Source: Bdellovibrionales bacterium
GTDB taxonomy: Bacteria > Bdellovibrionota > Bdellovibrionia > Bdellovibrionales > DASUEL01
Length of the DNA stretch: 64,000 nt
Direction of reading: 5' to 3'
NCBI GenBank assembly: GCA_050250255.1
Contig: JBFWOZ010000006.1
Location: forward strand, 1-64,000
Both the position numbers and the translations under genes were made by a program. The notes under the pieces were generated by a model. It was not told where the DNA came from, searched no databases, and worked only from the letters and a program-made list of their open reading frames with translations. Shown here in pieces: positions 30,304 to 39,278 of the stretch (within the stretch, counting starts at the first letter, position 1; each line of letters starts with the position of its first letter).

Positions 30304-31044
30304 GTGCGTGAACCAAAAGATATAAAGATTCTCATAGTTGACGACGAGGCGGACCTGCGCAAGGCCATTGTTTTTGATTTTAAGAAAAGAGGCTTTGTTG
30401 TAAAAGAGGCGGAAAATGGCAAAGTGGCTTTTGAAATTATAAAAAATGAAAATATTGATTTGGTTTTAACGGATGTGAGAATGCCAGATGGTGACGGGGT
30501 TGAGCTTTTAGAAAACATCAAAGCACGCAACTCAGATTTACCTGTCGTGATATTCATTACCGGATTTGCAGACATCACTCTTGAAGAGGCTTATGACAAG
30601 GGAGTGGATGCGGTTTTTGCTAAACCCTTTGATCGTAAGGCACTACTAAACGCGGTGATAAGAGCTCTTTCTGAAAAAGACGCTCAGTGGAAGGCGCGCC
30701 AAACGGAGAGACCGGATTCAAGCTTCACGGTGGAGTTGGGGGTGTACCCATCGGATACTCTATCTCAAGGGCAGGTGCTCAACATTGGGCGCGGTGGTCT
30801 TTTTGTTGCTGTTCCAAATCCAGAACTGATGGCAGGGTGTACAGTGAAGTTTAGCCTTCAGTACGACAAGGAGTCTATGCGCCTACAAGGTACAGGAGTG
30901 ATTAAGTGGGTTCGTAGACAAGCTATAAACAATCTTCCTGCAGGTTACGGCATTCAATTTGACACATTAGACGATGAGAGTCGTAAGCGGACCATTGAGG
31001 TTATCAATAGTTTAAAAACAAAATCGTTTATTCCTAAGTCCTAG
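30304..31044 (+). CDS. Response regulator with C-terminal PilZ domain
   Basis: ILIVDDE..LTDVRMP..KPF receiver; RxxxR (RQTER) and NIGRGG PilZ motifs; GTG after GGAGG. Confidence 0.85.
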   Translation: MREPKDIKILIVDDEADLRKAIVFDFKKRGFVVKEAENGKVAFEIIKNENIDLVLTDVRMPDGDGVELLENIKARNSDLPVVIFITGFADITLEEAYDKGVDAVFAKPFDRKALLNAVIRALSEKDAQWKARQTERPDSSFTVELGVYPSDTLSQGQVLNIGRGGLFVAVPNPELMAGCTVKFSLQYDKESMRLQGTGVIKWVRRQAINNLPAGYGIQFDTLDDESRKRTIEVINSLKTKSFIPKS

Positions 31045-31067
31045 CAGCATAAGAAAAAAGTCGTTGG

Positions 31068-31118
31068 TTAAGACCTTATCCTCAAAAAATGTTGTAAATC
31101 TAGTTGGTCAGTCCCCTT
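31068..31118 (+). repeat. Direct repeat X, copy 2 (about 24-nt internal deletion)
   Basis: TTAAGACCTTATCCTCAAAAAATG-TTGTAAATCTAGTTGGTCAGTCCCCTT. Confidence 0.85.
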
Positions 31119-31824
31119 CACTGCCACCGCGTCTTTGCTTTGAATCTTGGATTTCGCGAACAACAGCCCAGTCATTGATTTGGTAAACTAAGACGTCGAT
31201 CTTTAGATTCAAATGCTGGTTACCAAGGGCGGAACGCAACGCTTGCGTTCTTCCGTTACCGTCGAAGACATAATAGGTACCGTCTGGAGCTTTGGCCGCT
31301 CGTATAACCAATGACTCCGATGGTATAATGGACTTGCGAAGCTGGGCATCGACAGCTCCGGCATTCAAAATCTCGGGAAGACGCTTTTTAATTTCATCAA
31401 TTCGGGTCTGCAGCCTCTGCAAATCGTAGGGTGTCGAAACCTTGTGTGTCGTTGAAAGCTGTCTCAAAGGGACCATATCAGAATAGATCCTAGTCGCCTG
31501 CTGTTCAATCAGGTTTGTCAAATGGGTCGCTTCGATGAGCTCGCGACCAATCTCTTGCCATTTTTCAGGAAACCGTTCGAGCGATTTGAGAAGTTTCTTG
31601 ATAATATTTTGAGACACCCCCTCAAGCGCGAGCGCCTTAATGCCTTGGGATAACTCTGAATGGACGGTGTTTTCAACGAAATCATGTCGGCTTGTCGGAG
31701 CTAGCACTTGGGCGCAATTGATCTTTGGGGCTGATACCGTAACATGCACAGCTGCCAATTTTGGGCTGCCAACTAACGGCAGTATTGCCAGCACAGATAA
31801 TGCAAGTAAGTTCACAGGTTTCAC
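31108..31824 (-). CDS. Secreted protein with C-terminal ParB/sulfiredoxin-like domain
   Basis: Signal peptide; YYVFDGNGRTQAL resembles the ParB/Srx DG.HR motif. Confidence 0.55.
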   Translation of the reverse strand: MKPVNLLALSVLAILPLVGSPKLAAVHVTVSAPKINCAQVLAPTSRHDFVENTVHSELSQGIKALALEGVSQNIIKKLLKSLERFPEKWQEIGRELIEATHLTNLIEQQATRIYSDMVPLRQLSTTHKVSTPYDLQRLQTRIDEIKKRLPEILNAGAVDAQLRKSIIPSESLVIRAAKAPDGTYYVFDGNGRTQALRSALGNQHLNLKIDVLVYQINDWAVVREIQDSKQRRGGSEGD

Positions 31825-31836
31825 GCTAGTAAGTGA

Positions 31837-31852
31837 TGCAATCTTGGTACCT
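31837..31852 (-). promoter_or_regulatory. sigma54 promoter
   Basis: AGGTACCAAGATTGCA, 14 nt before GTG. Confidence 0.55.
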
Positions 31853-31897
31853 GCTACATTCCGTCGAATTGACTCGCAGGTACCACTCTCTGACTCT

Positions 31898-33913
31898 CTA
31901 TTGATTTATGCCGAACCAAATTGTTTCGAACGGAGGTAGCTCCAACTTAATTTTTCCGTTGGCGGAGGTGATGTTGAAATTCCGATCATACAGTAGATCA
32001 ACGAGTTGTCGCGAACCCAAGTTAATATCAACAGTTGCTGTAACCGTATGTTCGCTTAAGTTGTGTAAAATGAGGGTTGTTTCTCCTGGAACGTGTCGAG
32101 CATATGCTAAAGTGCTTGGATTACTTGTGTTTAAAATTTCGATTTCTCCACGTCGAAGCGAAGCACGCTCTTTTCGCACACGAATAAAATGACGAACATA
32201 TTCTAAAACCGAACCTTCTGGTGTTGAGCCTCTCGAAAAAATTGCGTTGTCATACAGAGCCTTTTCGACAGGTCCGCGGCCCTCATCACGAGCATCATAT
32301 TGCCCCCCACGCTCACGCGCAGCCTGTATTGCGTAGGGTTTATTATTTGTGGCCATGACTTCATCACCGTAGTAGATGATGGGCATCCCCTTAAGGCTGA
32401 GCAGATATGAAAAAGCAAGGGTTATACGACGAGGGTCATGCGAAAGAAAATCCGTCATTCTCCCGCCCACTCCCAAATCACCTCGAAAAGACACTCCTTT
32501 TCCAGTACTCAGCAGTGCTCTTTGAATGATTTCACGAACGCGAGGTGGGGCCATTTCAAGCGTTAGCTCATCATGCAACCTTAGAAAATTAGCCCACACT
32601 GTTCCTTTTGGTAGCTCTGGCGTATTCTTCAGAGATTCGATGATGTAGCGTTTGTCTCCCGAAAGCAAACTCGCCCAAGAGTGGGCCATGAGATCGAAGT
32701 TGTATGCCATTTGAGCACCAGATGAAGCAGTTAGTGTTCTTCCGAGACTCTTTATGTAGATATTCTGTGATTTTCCAAAAAACTTTTGAACCACCGAAAG
32801 CTCCTGACAAGCTTCGACAATGATTGAAGTTCTAGGCGCCACTTGAGTGAGCAGATAACGAAGAGATTTCACAAACTCCAATGTTCTCGGATCACTTTCT
32901 CTCTCTTTAAACAAAAAAGGAATAGCATCAAGGCGAATGACATCGGCGCCCTGATTGGCCCAATGGGTGACTATTCGAAATGCCTCGCCCATAACAGCGG
33001 GATTTTTAAAATTCAAATCAAATTGAAAAGGGTAAAACGTGTGATAAATCCAAACGTCTTTTCCATCTGCATCCTTCGTTTTAAAGTAGTGAGGATGGTG
33101 TGGGTCGGCGAAATCAGGAAAGATCACTCGTCGTTCAACTTCTACAGTTTTACCGTATTCGTTTTTTTCGCGATAACGCGCGCTTAGAGGCTTTCCGTTT
33201 TTATCTAGTTTCACATCAAGCACTTCAGGGGGTGTTTTAAGAAAATGAAAATAATTACGATATTGTTTCTCCCCGCGAAGTGCGGCCTTAGCCCAAGCGT
33301 GAGTCTCTGAGACGTGATTCAGTACCAAATCCAGTTGAAAGCTTCCTCTTTTTTGTCTGAGTTTACTAATAAATGATCTGAATTCCCGGTCTCCCCCGAA
33401 TCTTCTATCAACAGTTTTATAATCAGAAACGTCAAAGCCAGCGTCCTTAAACGGCGACTTGAGAAATGGAAGTGCGTAGATCATCGAAACTCCGAGATAG
33501 TCAAAAAGATAATCGGCCATGGCCGTTAGATTCCGGAAGGTGCCCTTTCCTTTCGAAGTTCCGATACCACTCACATAACCCATGTATTGAATTTGATCTA
33601 AGAGTCTGTTTGGATCTTCAATAGCCTTGATATCCTCGGCTCTTAATTCTTTTGAGCGACTCGCCAAACCCTCCTGTACGGCCCTCTCGAATCTTTCAGA
33701 CACACCGACGACAATGTTTCTATCAGAATAAATATTTTCAAAAATTCTAAGTGCATGCGGATCAACTTGAACCGATCTCTGTGGAGAAAGTACTTTATGA
33801 CAGCCCCCACCGGCGGCGTATGTTGGCTGTGCCTTGACGGCAGCAAAAGCTAACTGCATCACCAGATGAAGTAGAACAATCGGTGTGATCACTCGAAATG
33901 GGAGTTGTCGCAT
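31898..33913 (-). CDS. GH13 TreS/amylosucrase-like glycosyltransferase with signal peptide
   Basis: DAGFDVSDY, DLVLNHVS, IRLDAIPFLFK, VEACQ, FLRLHDELTLEM, YYGDE. Confidence 0.85.
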   Translation of the reverse strand: MRQLPFRVITPIVLLHLVMQLAFAAVKAQPTYAAGGGCHKVLSPQRSVQVDPHALRIFENIYSDRNIVVGVSERFERAVQEGLASRSKELRAEDIKAIEDPNRLLDQIQYMGYVSGIGTSKGKGTFRNLTAMADYLFDYLGVSMIYALPFLKSPFKDAGFDVSDYKTVDRRFGGDREFRSFISKLRQKRGSFQLDLVLNHVSETHAWAKAALRGEKQYRNYFHFLKTPPEVLDVKLDKNGKPLSARYREKNEYGKTVEVERRVIFPDFADPHHPHYFKTKDADGKDVWIYHTFYPFQFDLNFKNPAVMGEAFRIVTHWANQGADVIRLDAIPFLFKERESDPRTLEFVKSLRYLLTQVAPRTSIIVEACQELSVVQKFFGKSQNIYIKSLGRTLTASSGAQMAYNFDLMAHSWASLLSGDKRYIIESLKNTPELPKGTVWANFLRLHDELTLEMAPPRVREIIQRALLSTGKGVSFRGDLGVGGRMTDFLSHDPRRITLAFSYLLSLKGMPIIYYGDEVMATNNKPYAIQAARERGGQYDARDEGRGPVEKALYDNAIFSRGSTPEGSVLEYVRHFIRVRKERASLRRGEIEILNTSNPSTLAYARHVPGETTLILHNLSEHTVTATVDINLGSRQLVDLLYDRNFNITSANGKIKLELPPFETIWFGINQ

Positions 33914-33925
33914 ATTAAGAAACCG

Positions 33926-33941
33926 AGCAACTCAAGTGCCA
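33926..33941 (-). promoter_or_regulatory. sigma54 promoter (consensus)
   Basis: TGGCACTTGAGTTGCT, 14 nt before ATG. Confidence 0.8.
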
Positions 33942-34080
33942 GATACATCAAACCAATTTCATTTTATAGACTTTGAGGGCCGATTTATCGCCACTCGCCA
34001 TAAAAGACAACTTACGCAACTAGATGTTCATTATTTCGTCAGTGCCCAGAGGTTCACGTGGTCCAAGATCTGGACGTTGA

Positions 34081-34917
34081 TTAGACCTCTTTATTGCGCT
34101 CCACGACCCACAACCGAGAAATAACGCCCTTGATTTCTCCCAATTTCACCAAAAGATTTTTATTTAAAAATTCACGTGCCGCTCGGTCTGAAACGACTCC
34201 TACGGCCATACCGTCAAACAAAAATGATAAAAGAAGGCTGATGTCATCAATTTCTCCTATCACGTTGGGCTCAATGTGATGGTTTGCAAAGAATCTTTCC
34301 ACCTGAAAACGGAGCATATTACTTTCGCTGAAAGTGAAAAATGGTACGTCGTTAAGCGATTTTGGAAAATTGTTTTTTAGACTACGAAACCTGGGGGCAC
34401 CGACAAAAAAGAGTTTTCTCTGTGCCACCTCTTTCACGTTCCAATTTTTCTTATGCTTTGGCTCAGTGTCGACAATCATTAAATCTAAACGCTTGTGCTC
34501 TAGCTGTTCATGGAGGTCTTGATAGGTTCCATGCCACACTTGCAATATCAGATTTTTACGACATATCGGTTTCAAAATATCATGTAGAAGTGCCTTTGAT
34601 ACTGAGGGGACATAGCCCGCTCTGAAAAAATCTGCAGGTTTCGACTGGGGTTTTAGCGAGAAAAGAGCTTCTTGGGTAAGGGAGAAAATTTTATGAGTAT
34701 ATTCCAGCAAACTTTGGCCAGACGAACTGAGACGAAGCTTACGAAACTGACGATCGAAGAGCTTTATATTGAGACTTTCCTCTAAAAGCTTGATGCGAAT
34801 ACTAATCGCTGGCTGAGTGAGATTTAGTTTTTTTGCAGCCAATTTAATGGAGCCCTCTGTCGCAACAACATGGAAGTAGAAAAGATGCTGTAGGTTACCT
34901 GATGGAAAAGTTATCAC
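34081..34917 (-). CDS. LysR-family regulator, NhaR-like
   Basis: NLQHLFYF.VVA.EGSI..AA..L.LTQPAIS; FPKSL; GEIDDISLL. Confidence 0.85.
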   Translation of the reverse strand: MITFPSGNLQHLFYFHVVATEGSIKLAAKKLNLTQPAISIRIKLLEESLNIKLFDRQFRKLRLSSSGQSLLEYTHKIFSLTQEALFSLKPQSKPADFFRAGYVPSVSKALLHDILKPICRKNLILQVWHGTYQDLHEQLEHKRLDLMIVDTEPKHKKNWNVKEVAQRKLFFVGAPRFRSLKNNFPKSLNDVPFFTFSESNMLRFQVERFFANHHIEPNVIGEIDDISLLLSFLFDGMAVGVVSDRAAREFLNKNLLVKLGEIKGVISRLWVVERNKEV

Positions 34918-34934
34918 TTAAATTTTCCTTATTC

Positions 34935-34972
34935 TTTAGTTAATATAATTAAATTTAATTATATTAACTAAA
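34935..34972. repeat. Perfect 38-bp palindrome
   Basis: TTTAGTTAATATAATTAAA|TTTAATTATATTAACTAAA. Confidence 0.95.
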
Positions 34973-35023
34973 TGGCCGACTATACAACATACAAGTTAGT
35001 CATTAAAACAAGAGGAGGATTTT

Positions 35024-35410
35024 GTGCCGAATATTGATATAAAAACGGGAGCATTCATTTTGTTGACGGCGTGCTATCTCAGCGGATGTGCGACAAAAGG
35101 AATAGAGCCTTCCACACATCCCAAGTCTCAAGGTTTGGTTAAATCAAACCAACCCATCCATGAAGTTAAGACTAAGCCCGAAGTACAGAATCGCCTCGTT
35201 TGTAAAAACAACGATGACGAAAGAGCCATCCAAGTAGTTAAAGGCACTCGTCAGATCTCTAGTGAAAAGGACGCGCCCTGCGAGGTCGTTTATACAAAAT
35301 TTTCCAAGAGCACTGTGGTTGCCTCCTCACACAGCTCGTTGAGTTATTGTGAGATGATTCAAAAACGCATTCAGGACAACCTGGTACAGGGCGGTTTTAG
35401 TTGTCAATAG
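35024..35410 (+). CDS. Lipoprotein, hypothetical
   Basis: Lipobox LSGC; SD GAGGAGG; further Cys pairs. Confidence 0.75.
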   Translation: MPNIDIKTGAFILLTACYLSGCATKGIEPSTHPKSQGLVKSNQPIHEVKTKPEVQNRLVCKNNDDERAIQVVKGTRQISSEKDAPCEVVYTKFSKSTVVASSHSSLSYCEMIQKRIQDNLVQGGFSCQ

Positions 35411-35468
35411 AGCACCACCCATTTGAAGTTTGGAATTCTCGATCTTCATTTATGTAAGTTTTTGCTGG

Positions 35469-36743
35469 CTATAGAAACCAAAAACAAACTCCGGAGATAA
35501 TGGTAGGGATCAGTGCGCTTATAAATAAACCCACAGAGCTGATTCCATCAGGTCCAAAGGAGGAGTTCAATGTACTATAGCCAGCGGGGTTTGGGGCATT
35601 TGCAATAACCGTGAGCCCACCCCCAACAACACTTCCCGCAACCAACGCGTACTTAGATATATCCGAAAGACCCACCACCTGACTGCCTAAATATGTAATG
35701 GCAGCATTGTCTGTAAAAGCCGTTAAGGACATCGAACCCAGATAGAGTGGAAGCGCCGTCAAGCGACTAAGAATTGGTTCGAGCCACCAGTTTTGATAAC
35801 CACCGAGAATCACTAACCCTCCCAAAAAGAAGCCCACAAGAAGCGCTTCTCTGATCCGTAGATCATCGTGGTATTCTTTGGTCACCGCAGCTACACCTAA
35901 GAAAAACAAAAAGATGCCAACGAACAAAACCATGTGATGAGCGGCTATTACAATGGCGAAAAGAATAATGAGGTGTAAAAGCGAAACCCACAGTGGGGTT
36001 TGATAAGCTACGCTCTTCACTGTTTTATCAGTCTCCAGACGGGCGAGCTCCTTCCGAAAGCGATAAGTAACAAAAGATGTCGATAGAACAATAGCCACTA
36101 CTGCTTTCCACCCGAAATTTGAAAACATAAATGTAAGATCCCAATTCCATTTTTGAGCTACCATTAAAACTGGTGGGGCCGCATAAGGCGTAAGTGTTCC
36201 ACCAATGGAGACATTCACAAATAATAATCCGAGAGTGGCATAGCGAAGCTGATCGGTGATGTCTTTGTTGTAATACGACTTTAATAAAATCAACGCCGTT
36301 ACTGTCATGGCTGCGGGCTCTGTAATAAAACTTCCTAAAATTGGTCCAACAATTAAGGTGGATGCATAAAACCCGATTACTCTGTTAAGGGGCAGGCTTT
36401 GTCCAAAGAGGCGAATGACCTTTTCGCTAAGCTCTAAAATTGGGCGAGATGCACACATTGTCATAATGACAAATACAAATATAGGCTCGGTAAAATTACG
36501 GCTTTCAAGATAAGCAATTGTTGGCTTCATACCCTCATCAGCCATAAAGTAAAGAATGAATAGCCCAGCCCAGATTCCGAATACAACTTCAACTTCGCCA
36601 AGAAGATGAAAGAGGTTTTCTCCGACGGAGCCTTCGGAATATTTGTGAGATATACTTTGAAAGTATTTAACAGAAAAAGTATGTAGCACGGCTAATGCAA
36701 AACATCCCGTGGCCACATAGTGAACAACTGAAGGGGCACTCAT
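35469..36743 (-). CDS. Putative Na+/H+ antiporter (DUF1504-type)
   Basis: HLLGEVEVVFG, GSFITEPAAMT, VNVSIGGTLT, TDNAAITYLG, GGGLTVIANAPNPAG. Confidence 0.8.
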   Translation of the reverse strand: MSAPSVVHYVATGCFALAVLHTFSVKYFQSISHKYSEGSVGENLFHLLGEVEVVFGIWAGLFILYFMADEGMKPTIAYLESRNFTEPIFVFVIMTMCASRPILELSEKVIRLFGQSLPLNRVIGFYASTLIVGPILGSFITEPAAMTVTALILLKSYYNKDITDQLRYATLGLLFVNVSIGGTLTPYAAPPVLMVAQKWNWDLTFMFSNFGWKAVVAIVLSTSFVTYRFRKELARLETDKTVKSVAYQTPLWVSLLHLIILFAIVIAAHHMVLFVGIFLFFLGVAAVTKEYHDDLRIREALLVGFFLGGLVILGGYQNWWLEPILSRLTALPLYLGSMSLTAFTDNAAITYLGSQVVGLSDISKYALVAGSVVGGGLTVIANAPNPAGYSTLNSSFGPDGISSVGLFISALIPTIISGVCFWFL

Positions 36744-36865
36744 ACAACTCTCCACTCTGGATTGTCACTTTCATTTTTCTCGAACCAAGTGACGGATAAT
36801 AGCATCAAATCCATTGTCTACATCATTTCTATAATGAAGTCAGATAATGAAAAATTTCAAACCTT

Positions 36866-37981
36866 TTATCGGACTGTCGTTGCTTGCGGCAGCGCCTCGA
36901 CATAAAGCGTTTGTGTCGGAAACGCAAATGACACATCTTCTTTAACAAACTTTTTTAAAATATTAAGAAGCACCCTTTGTTGTAAATCCATAAATATATT
37001 GTAGTCGGGATCCGACACAAAGAAGACAAGCTCAAAATCTAATGAGGAGTTTCCGTATGTCATAAAATGACAGCGGTCAAATTTGAGCTGACTCTCAGCC
37101 TGTACGATTTCTTTTACCCATAATGGAATTTTCTCAAGCGTTTCGGCCGACGTTGAATAGGTCACGCCAAAAGATTGCACCACTCGACGAATCCACATAC
37201 GCTTATAGTTTTTAACTCGACTTTCAAGAAGATCTTTATTGGCTAAAATGACTTGTTCACCCGAAAGACTCCTCAGGCGCGTGGTTTTGATTCCTATGTG
37301 TTCTACGGTTCCTTTTTCCTCTCCCGAAACAATGAAATCTCCTACTACAAAAGGTTTGTCGAGAACAATAGAAAGCGATGCTAAAAGATCACCTAATATA
37401 TTTTGAGCTGCCAACGCGACAGCGATACCGCCCACCCCAAGCCCCGCCAGCAATGCGGTGATATCAACGCCTAAATTGCTAAGTCCTACTAAAAAAAGAA
37501 CAACTAGAAACCCTACCTGAACCGCTGTGTAGAGAAGTCCAAGCGCTGCTGCGGAAGACTGATCCAACTCAATTTTTTTATCTAATACACGTTTTCGCCA
37601 AAATTTTATGATGTAAAGACCCCAAATCCCTACTTGCAATACAAGACTGGTCACTGAAATTGTGAGCAGGAGGCTCTCAACCCAACTTGTCTGTGTGAGA
37701 TGCCGAGTCAGTAAATAGAACGTTCCCACAAAAACAACCGAAGCCTTAAATCCTTCGAGAAGGTCGGCACCGGCGTTATCCCAAAGCGAAAATGTTTTTT
37801 CCGCTCTCTTCCGGAAAAAACGAGAGATGATTTTTAAAATCATCTTAATGAGCACTGTGGCAAGAACGGCAGTTACGCCCGAGCCGATCCAGGACCAAAG
37901 AGAGTCTTCAGCAAAGTACGGCTTTAATTCGTAAAAAAATGTTTCCATAGTAGAGGGTTCTAACATAAGTACGTATATCAT
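36866..37981 (-). CDS. MscS-family mechanosensitive channel
   Basis: LGVGGIAVALAAQ.IL, DKPF.VGD.I, GTVE.IGIKTTR.RS; start may be ATG 37948. Confidence 0.92.
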   Translation of the reverse strand: MIYVLMLEPSTMETFFYELKPYFAEDSLWSWIGSGVTAVLATVLIKMILKIISRFFRKRAEKTFSLWDNAGADLLEGFKASVVFVGTFYLLTRHLTQTSWVESLLLTISVTSLVLQVGIWGLYIIKFWRKRVLDKKIELDQSSAAALGLLYTAVQVGFLVVLFLVGLSNLGVDITALLAGLGVGGIAVALAAQNILGDLLASLSIVLDKPFVVGDFIVSGEEKGTVEHIGIKTTRLRSLSGEQVILANKDLLESRVKNYKRMWIRRVVQSFGVTYSTSAETLEKIPLWVKEIVQAESQLKFDRCHFMTYGNSSLDFELVFFVSDPDYNIFMDLQQRVLLNILKKFVKEDVSFAFPTQTLYVEALPQATTVR

Positions 37982-38058
37982 TTAACTAGAAAATGCGGTT
38001 GCCGATCTAGAGATGCTCTCTGTAACTACTTGGATAGCTATTTACTTAATATATTAGG

Positions 38059-38490
38059 TTAAGCAGAAATATAAGTAGCTCTCGTTTTTAGGTAATTCTT
38101 AATTTCGGAAAGTTCACCATCGAGTTTTTTTAGGTCTTCGAATATAAACTCAAAGTCGACAGTGCTTTTGTCCAAAACCCGCTTACCTACCCTTGTGAGA
38201 GAAATAATTTTCTTTCTGGCATCCTTGGGATCATCGCAGACTAGAATTAAATTCTTACCCGATAAACGACGCAGAGATTGAGTCAAACTTCCCTGTGTGA
38301 TGCCAAGGGCTCTGGCAAGCCCAAGAGGACCGATGGCGGGCATAGATTTTAATGTCCAGAGGAGGAACCATTGAACAAGACTGAGGCCAATCTTATCCTC
38401 AAGAGTCTTGTTCATTTTTTGAAATAGTAGGTTTACTTTTAGTAGATCGGCCAAAGGCTGCTCAAAACTATTTTTGTCTGAAAAATTCAT
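38059..38490 (-). CDS. MarR-family regulator
   Basis: LARALGITQGSLTQ.L.RL...DP.DARKK.I.LT..G; coupled to otsB. Confidence 0.85.
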   Translation of the reverse strand: MNFSDKNSFEQPLADLLKVNLLFQKMNKTLEDKIGLSLVQWFLLWTLKSMPAIGPLGLARALGITQGSLTQSLRRLSGKNLILVCDDPKDARKKIISLTRVGKRVLDKSTVDFEFIFEDLKKLDGELSEIKNYLKTRATYISA

Positions 38491-39278
38491 AAGTTTGTTG
38501 CGTTCGTTTTTGCACGCGTGATTCGATAATAAAAAAGTATTTTCATGACGAGACGATGAACTTCCGCTTGATTTTTAATAAAAAATTTTGCACTTGAATT
38601 CACTTTTTTGCCAACGCGAACTGTAAAGATTCGACTATCGTTCAGAGAGAAAACGTCTTCGTCCGTATCATCATCTCCAATATAAAATGCTTGCTTAACA
38701 TTCGCGTCACTCATCACATCTAATAAGGCCATCCCTTTGTGGGGCCCTCCAATGGGAATTAAATTAATAACGCATTTCCCAAGAACAATCCTGGGAGTTG
38801 GTTCTAGGTTTTGAACTAGTTGTAACAGTTCTTTTTTTACAGCTCTTTTGGAGCGAGACTTCCTATAGTGAAGCGCCAGAGAAAACTCCTTGTCTTCTAC
38901 TTCTACGCCTTCAAATTTTTTATTCTTACCAAAAAGCTTGGTTTGAATTTGATTTCTCCAGGCGCTTGACACTTTCTTGAAAATTTCTTGTTTGTGAATG
39001 GTTTTTGATCCTTCAAGTCCGTGATTTCCAATTAAGTATTTTGGGCGAAAGGAGAATTTTGTTTTTAAATCTGAACGGCTACGGCCCGAAACTATTGCAA
39101 CAGGAACCTGTGCGTTAAGCTCTTGAATCATTTTTGCCAGAGTTTCCGCAACAACCGCACCCTCAGGATTACGCACAATTTTCGACAACGTGCCGTCAAA
39201 ATCAAAAGCAAAAAGAGTGTTGGTGTACGATAAAGATTCTAATAATACTTGGGCGTTTTTTGAAAAAAGATACATCAT
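38487..39278 (-). CDS. otsB: Trehalose-6-phosphate phosphatase
   Basis: FDFDGTL, VSGR, GNHGLE, LALHYR, KG.A, IGDDDTDED. Confidence 0.92.
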   Translation of the reverse strand: MMYLFSKNAQVLLESLSYTNTLFAFDFDGTLSKIVRNPEGAVVAETLAKMIQELNAQVPVAIVSGRSRSDLKTKFSFRPKYLIGNHGLEGSKTIHKQEIFKKVSSAWRNQIQTKLFGKNKKFEGVEVEDKEFSLALHYRKSRSKRAVKKELLQLVQNLEPTPRIVLGKCVINLIPIGGPHKGMALLDVMSDANVKQAFYIGDDDTDEDVFSLNDSRIFTVRVGKKVNSSAKFFIKNQAEVHRLVMKILFYYRITRAKTNATNL

